From positions 1,472,001 to 1,536,000 of the forward strand of contig OY969585.1 of the NCBI GenBank assembly GCA_963701295.1: a DNA stretch of 64,000 nt. Direction: 5' to 3'. The notes below the pieces were generated by a model. It searched no databases and had not been told where the DNA came from. It saw nothing but the letters and a program-made list of their open reading frames with translations. The DNA is from Ignavibacteriota bacterium. Lineage in GTDB: Bacteria > Bacteroidota > Ignavibacteria > UBA10030. Below, one piece after another: positions 58,789-64,000 of this stretch. The translations under genes were made by a program, and so were the position numbers. Numbering within the stretch: the first letter of the stretch is position 1; every line of letters starts with the position of its first letter.

Positions 58789-59637
58789 ATGACGCTCCAA
58801 GCATACGCAAAAATCAATATCGGGCTTTATATCCTCGGCAAGCGGTCGGATGGCTATCACGATCTCGAAACTATATTCCATGAAATCGATCTGTTTGATG
58901 AAATAGACTTGGAGCCGCATAAAACATTAGAAATGAATGCCGACTCTATTCTTGTTCCTATTGATGAGTCCAACCTCTGTCTTAAAGCTGCGAACATACT
59001 TCAGAAAGAGAGAAAGATTAAGGAAGGAGTGAAGATTCAACTACGAAAAAACATTCCTATCGGGGCCGGACTCGGTGGCGGTAGCAGTGATGCCGCAGCA
59101 GTTCTTTGCGGATTGAACGAGCTATGGAAATTGAAATTATCCAACCATCAATTGCGGACGATTGCAGGGCAAATCGGTTCGGACATTCCATTCTTCATTG
59201 AAGGTGGAAATGCTTATGCTAGCGGACGCGGTGAAATACTGGAACATTTTTCTTTAGACATACCATTTTGGATAGCGGTCGTTACGCCGCTGATTCATAT
59301 TTCAACAACATGGGCGTATACTCATCTCAAGCTGCAGCGTGATGGAAAAGGATCCGAACTGCGGACGAAGATCGCTAAACACATATCGAACCCCAAAAAA
59401 ATAACATCGCTTGTACAAAATGATTTTGAGCAATCAACCATAAGCGTTTATCCGGAAATTGGTCGTCTCAAAGAGAAACTGAAAGAGCAGGGAGCGGTGT
59501 TTTCGTTAATGAGCGGAAGCGGTTCTTCTGTGTTTGGTTTTTTTGAGAGCGAAAAGAAAGCGCTCGATGCACTTGGATCATTTCCAAAAAACTACCAGAC
59601 GTCTCTTACGGCACCAACATTTAAACCGGGCCGTTAA
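58789..59637 (+). CDS. ispE: 4-diphosphocytidyl-2-C-methyl-D-erythritol kinase
   Basis: AKINIGL, DGYHDL, KNIPIGAGLGGGSSDAA, GSDIPFF, MSGSGS; start at MTLQAY. Confidence 0.95.
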   Translation: MTLQAYAKINIGLYILGKRSDGYHDLETIFHEIDLFDEIDLEPHKTLEMNADSILVPIDESNLCLKAANILQKERKIKEGVKIQLRKNIPIGAGLGGGSSDAAAVLCGLNELWKLKLSNHQLRTIAGQIGSDIPFFIEGGNAYASGRGEILEHFSLDIPFWIAVVTPLIHISTTWAYTHLKLQRDGKGSELRTKIAKHISNPKKITSLVQNDFEQSTISVYPEIGRLKEKLKEQGAVFSLMSGSGSSVFGFFESEKKALDALGSFPKNYQTSLTAPTFKPGR

Positions 59638-59655
59638 TCTCTTGCTGGCTGCACT

Positions 59656-61704
59656 TTGAAATCCGTTCTCTACATTGAAGCTTTTCTGATTCTTCAAGTT
59701 TGGACCATCGTTTTTCCTCAACATCGTACTGAAAAAAGGTCAGAGCGTGCTCCTGTCGATACTGCTACGGTGAGAGGCACAGTACAAGAAGGAAAGAACA
59801 TGTCTGTCGTTGGTCTAAGTAAACCGACAGATTCGACGGCTCATGCTCCTATAGATACAACAGTTGTAGATTCGGTTCGCATCCGTTTTATTCCCGGTAT
59901 GGGTCAGATCACTAGTGATGTCGATTCACTCAGCGTACTGTATCAGAAACAATTTTTATGGAGCGATGCAAAAGTTGTTAGTGATATTATTTGGAAATTG
60001 CCGGGGTTTTTCTATCGTGATTTGGGTGAAGCGGGGAAGTGGGGTCAGCTTAATGCCTTTGGGATGGATGGACGTGCTATCGGTATTCTCATAGATGGAC
60101 GGCCGATGAATGATCCGGTGACAGGTACATACAATCTTTCAGACTTGCCGCTCGAATTTATCGATCACGCTGAAATTCTTTCTGGTACTGCCTCAAGAGC
60201 GACTTTATCAGATGCGGCCGGCACAGCGCTAAATTTCGTTTCGCGTTCCTACAACAGTTATCGTCCGTTGACAAAACTCCGATTTGTTCAGGATCCAAAA
60301 GGGACATTGCTGACCGATGGACTTTTCACGCAGAATGTTTCCCGTGGTTTGAATCTTATGGTCGGATTTTCTCGACAGGTCTCTGACGGTCGTTATATCA
60401 ATGCTAGTTTGGATGCATGGAATGTGCGAACTCGTTTACGATATGATATTTCCGATAGATTTAATATTTCACTCACAGATTTTTATACAAAAGCCGGAAA
60501 TGGACTCAATGGAGGCGTCAACACATCACAATCCGAGAGTGTTTTTGCTGAAGCGGGAGCGATAGTAAATGACCTATATGTATGGGATAAACGATCGCGA
60601 CGGGATGTCACTTTAAATACCATTGCACGTATTTTTTCCGATTCCTCTTTTACAACACAGGCAAATGTCTATTACAGTACGATGGAGCGTGAATATTATA
60701 ATCCGTCAATTAGTTTGATTGATGATTTTACTCGATCGTCTTTTTGGGGCGCCTCTCTTCGGCAGCAGTTTTGCTTGGATTCCGTTCGTTGTACTCTTGG
60801 AGGATCATGGGAACAACGCAAGAGCGATTCTACAAGGGTGCTTGCATCACATCTCGAATCTGAGCAGTCTCTGTTTCTCCAAGCAGAGCTGCGGTTGATA
60901 AACATATTCATACCGTCAGTATCTTTGCGTTCAACTTCGCTTGATGGAGAAAGTTCGCTGAGCACCGGTGCCGGAGTGAAATCTGCAATCGTAGATTGGT
61001 TGACAATATCTGCTGATGTCTCATGGTTTGACAGATTCCCAACGTTTCAAGAACGATATTGGACTGATTCGACGTTTCTCCGCGCAAACGAAATCCAGAA
61101 AGAGCAGCATGAACTTATCCAGGGTGGATTTACTTTTCAGGCGGGATCAAATCTCGAGATCAGTCTCACAGGTTTTCAGCGGAACGTGAAACGCGCGATC
61201 GTTTTTCAACCGGCTGTGACGGCGGGAGGTTCTCCTGCTATCAGTATTTCCAACGCACGAGAAGTTGCTATACAAGGTATGACCGGAAGCGCAGTAATTC
61301 GCTGGCACAAGTTTGACGTATTAGGCGTTTTGACATTAACGCGCTATAAAGAAGTCGATACGTTGAAGACTTTAATGCCCGATGTTATTCTTGCCGGCGA
61401 AATGAGTTATCGTGACACCTTCTTCAAAGATAAACTTGATGCAAAGTTTGGCGTGCGCTCGCAGTTTTATAACCGGCAGCAGGGCATGCAGTTTGATCCG
61501 CAGACGCTTTTGTATTTTCAAAATAATACAAGCATCATAGGGCGTTCAACAACCCTCGATCTGTTTATGATTCTTAAGATTGGCGATGCTCACATCTCGC
61601 TTTCATGGCAGAATATTTTGAATGCATCATACATCCTTTCTCCGATCTATCCGATGCCGGGCAGATATATTCGAGTCGGTGTAAACTGGGTGTTTTTAGA
61701 TTGA
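59656..61704 (+). CDS. TonB-dependent receptor-like / putative porin outer-membrane protein
   Basis: Plug-like ILIDGRPMND...LPLEFIDHAEIL, barrel strands, C-terminal NIL...MPGRYIRVGVNW. Confidence 0.75.
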   Translation: MKSVLYIEAFLILQVWTIVFPQHRTEKRSERAPVDTATVRGTVQEGKNMSVVGLSKPTDSTAHAPIDTTVVDSVRIRFIPGMGQITSDVDSLSVLYQKQFLWSDAKVVSDIIWKLPGFFYRDLGEAGKWGQLNAFGMDGRAIGILIDGRPMNDPVTGTYNLSDLPLEFIDHAEILSGTASRATLSDAAGTALNFVSRSYNSYRPLTKLRFVQDPKGTLLTDGLFTQNVSRGLNLMVGFSRQVSDGRYINASLDAWNVRTRLRYDISDRFNISLTDFYTKAGNGLNGGVNTSQSESVFAEAGAIVNDLYVWDKRSRRDVTLNTIARIFSDSSFTTQANVYYSTMEREYYNPSISLIDDFTRSSFWGASLRQQFCLDSVRCTLGGSWEQRKSDSTRVLASHLESEQSLFLQAELRLINIFIPSVSLRSTSLDGESSLSTGAGVKSAIVDWLTISADVSWFDRFPTFQERYWTDSTFLRANEIQKEQHELIQGGFTFQAGSNLEISLTGFQRNVKRAIVFQPAVTAGGSPAISISNAREVAIQGMTGSAVIRWHKFDVLGVLTLTRYKEVDTLKTLMPDVILAGEMSYRDTFFKDKLDAKFGVRSQFYNRQQGMQFDPQTLLYFQNNTSIIGRSTTLDLFMILKIGDAHISLSWQNILNASYILSPIYPMPGRYIRVGVNWVFLD

Positions 61705-61779
61705 GTGGTCAAACACTTGAGCCGATGAGCAGATAAGAAGTGAAGTAGGTGAGAAGGTAAGTTGTCGAAGGGATAAATA

Positions 61780-62328
61780 ATGGAGATAGCGAGAAAAATA
61801 GTGACAGTTTTTGGCAGTTCGCGCCTAAGCGAGGGTGATGAAGAATACTGGCTTGCATACGAAGTTGGGAAAAACCTTGCCCTCCATGGATTCACTGTTT
61901 GCAACGGCGGATATGCAGGCATTATGGAAGCATCGGCGCGGGGAGCGAAAGAGGCAGGCGGTAAAACAATTGGCGTAACTTTTAAAAACAACTTCAAGAA
62001 GAATGTCAATCATTGGATTGATGAAGAAATGTTTCAGCCGACGCTTCTTGAGCGAATGATGAAACTTGTTGAGTTAGGCAATGCATATGTTGTGCTCAAA
62101 GGAGGAACCGGCACACTGCTCGAACTTGCCGCCGTGTGGGAATTTATCAATAAAGGACTTCTGAAAGAAAAACCAATCGTGATTGTCGGAGATTTCTGGG
62201 ATGGCGTTATCGAAACACTGCGGAAAGAATTACTCTGGGAAGGCGATGGCGATTGCACGAAGTATATTCATCGAACCTCATCACCGGAAGAATGCGCCAA
62301 ACTTTTAAAAGACCGACTTCATGAATAA
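61780..62328 (+). CDS. LOG family nucleotide-binding protein
   Basis: VTVFGSS, NGGYAGIMEASARGA, GGTGTLLEL. Confidence 0.88.
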   Translation: MEIARKIVTVFGSSRLSEGDEEYWLAYEVGKNLALHGFTVCNGGYAGIMEASARGAKEAGGKTIGVTFKNNFKKNVNHWIDEEMFQPTLLERMMKLVELGNAYVVLKGGTGTLLELAAVWEFINKGLLKEKPIVIVGDFWDGVIETLRKELLWEGDGDCTKYIHRTSSPEECAKLLKDRLHE

Positions 62329-62411
62329 CTCATCCGATGATGCAGATGTAATGCGACTCTCCATTCCGTATGAACGGAAAAAATCATGACGGTAGTCTTT
62401 TCTCATCAACC

Positions 62412-64000
62412 TTATTTCAACAAAACGAGTTTCCTTGTTTCGCTCGATATAGTGGACTGCCCGCTTGATATTTGACGGACTTGTATTCGATAGAAATATA
62501 TGCCGCTGGAAAGGTCTCTCGCATTAAATTGGATCTCGTGGTTCCCAGCTGTCTTTTCTTCATTGACAAGTACTGATACTTGACGCCCTAACGCATCGAA
62601 GATATTGATTGAAACAAAACTACGAATCGGCAGTGAATAACTGATTATTGTTGTAGGATTAAATGGATTCGGATAGTTCTGATATAAGACGAATCCGGAC
62701 GGCATGATCACTTCGTTCACAGAAGTGCTTACGGATAGAGGTATGAACAATTCTATACCATTACCTGTTCCTAGATTTCTTGTGTATTGCTTATCGATTG
62801 GGTTATTCCAGTGTTCATGCACACCAAGGCTCGATAATCTTATGCCGTCCTTATTTGGGGCATAGAAAGTTCCCGAAGGTGGATTATTGGCTTGAGCCGC
62901 TTCATGAAGATAATTATCCACATTTCCAAAAACGACGTTTATTGTGCTGCCATCTAAATCATATACCTGAGTAAATTTTTTATTTATCGCCTGTTCAGTG
63001 CGAAGGAAATCGATAATCACGCTTTCGAGTGCGACTTCATCTTGTGAAATAAAGATACTTGAAGTCCAGCGGTTATTAAACGGAGGCTGCTGGAACTTGA
63101 GCGCAGATGTGTTAGGGTCGTTTTCTACCGGAACTACATATAGACCATCGGTCATGAAAAACAGTGTTTTTCCTCCGAGGTCTTTATTTCCCATTAAGTC
63201 GACCAAAGGGTTATAAGTACCCATGGGCCTGCCCAAAAAATTCCATTCTGTGTTGGTAGCATTATCTATATAATCATGCACAGTGATATAGGGATGCACA
63301 CCAACAGAATGAGGAGTATTGACATCCCCATCTGCGCTCATTGAGCCAAAATGATTCTTTGCGCATCCTGTGACGCCCACATATCGATGCCCTTTAAGAT
63401 TTGCAAAATTAATAATATATGAAGCATGAGTGACTAATGTAGGAAGATACCCGGTGTGAAGTCCACCAGTTGGTTGCTCGAGTACTAAATTTTGTGAAAA
63501 ATGGATGGAAACAGTATCCCGTTTGTAAGCTTCCTGATTATGCGCAACAACACTTCCGACAAAATGAACGTATGGAAATTCCTTCTTACATTTATCGGTA
63601 ACAGATGCAGGGATAGTACGCATTATATCATAAAATGTGATGTTGCTATCAATAACACCTGCATTATTGACTAATTGTCGCGTCAGTGCCAGGACTAATT
63701 GTGGCGTACTAAAATTGTTGTTACTATTCGATGTGCTTGTGGATTGGACAAGACTTAGTTTAATTGCAATTTTTTCTCCCGCCTGATATCCAATATTGCC
63801 TTTACCATGCTCTTGGTTAAAGAATTTAAACAGCGTATCCCATGCAGCAACGTCTGTAGATTTTCCTGTCAGTCCACGGACGGATTTTGACAGCATCGAA
63901 TCTACAACAGTCTGAATTGTATTTGTTTCACTCCACCAGTATCCTGTAGTTCCGTTCCATTTTGTAGCTTCAGGATCCCACATCCAAACGACGCGTCCAG
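62412..64000 (-). CDS. DUF362-like protein with T9SS CTD (5' end outside the window)
   Basis: GEKIAIK, IINFANLKGH...VTGCAKNHFG, QNYPNPFNPTT tail; frame open to the window edge. Confidence 0.75.
   Translation of the reverse strand, partial: GRVVWMWDPEATKWNGTTGYWWSETNTIQTVVDSMLSKSVRGLTGKSTDVAAWDTLFKFFNQEHGKGNIGYQAGEKIAIKLSLVQSTSTSNSNNNFSTPQLVLALTRQLVNNAGVIDSNITFYDIMRTIPASVTDKCKKEFPYVHFVGSVVAHNQEAYKRDTVSIHFSQNLVLEQPTGGLHTGYLPTLVTHASYIINFANLKGHRYVGVTGCAKNHFGSMSADGDVNTPHSVGVHPYITVHDYIDNATNTEWNFLGRPMGTYNPLVDLMGNKDLGGKTLFFMTDGLYVVPVENDPNTSALKFQQPPFNNRWTSSIFISQDEVALESVIIDFLRTEQAINKKFTQVYDLDGSTINVVFGNVDNYLHEAAQANNPPSGTFYAPNKDGIRLSSLGVHEHWNNPIDKQYTRNLGTGNGIELFIPLSVSTSVNEVIMPSGFVLYQNYPNPFNPTTIISYSLPIRSFVSINIFDALGRQVSVLVNEEKTAGNHEIQFNARDLSSGIYFYRIQVRQISSGQSTISSETRKLVLLK

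Overview
Gene-dense bacterial chromosome segment. Three proteins end in the 'QN(Y/F)PNPFNP-T' T9SS-type sorting tail, and there is a Kdo/Lpt operon and GTP-type PEPCK. This points to a diderm FCB-group organism, probably Ignavibacteria-like (inference). Most of the window is housekeeping: serC/serA/DUF1015, a 4-subunit 2-oxoacid:ferredoxin oxidoreductase, a SAM-I riboswitch-led metY-thrA-metA cluster (thrA frameshifted), K+-independent H+-PPase, methylmalonyl-CoA mutase/epimerase, TrpB2, tkt, ahcY, metK, pckG, ferritin, aroF/tyrA, lptBAC, kdsDCA and ispE. The best candidate for an undescribed system is a DUF4402-like chaperone-usher-like pilus locus (5787-11034) with tandem palindromic operators, lying next to an intact subclass B1 metallo-beta-lactamase. 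Other signals absent from the ORF track: a probably leaderless WRWRW leader peptide and attenuator ahead of trpB2, two displaced copies of gene 3' ends (OFOR gamma; hppA, flanking a TMTC-like glycosyltransferase), a decayed response regulator, and a possible structured RNA between osmC and tkt. No rRNA, tRNA, CRISPR array, transposase or integrase was recognised. All calls come from reading motifs by eye; no searches were run.
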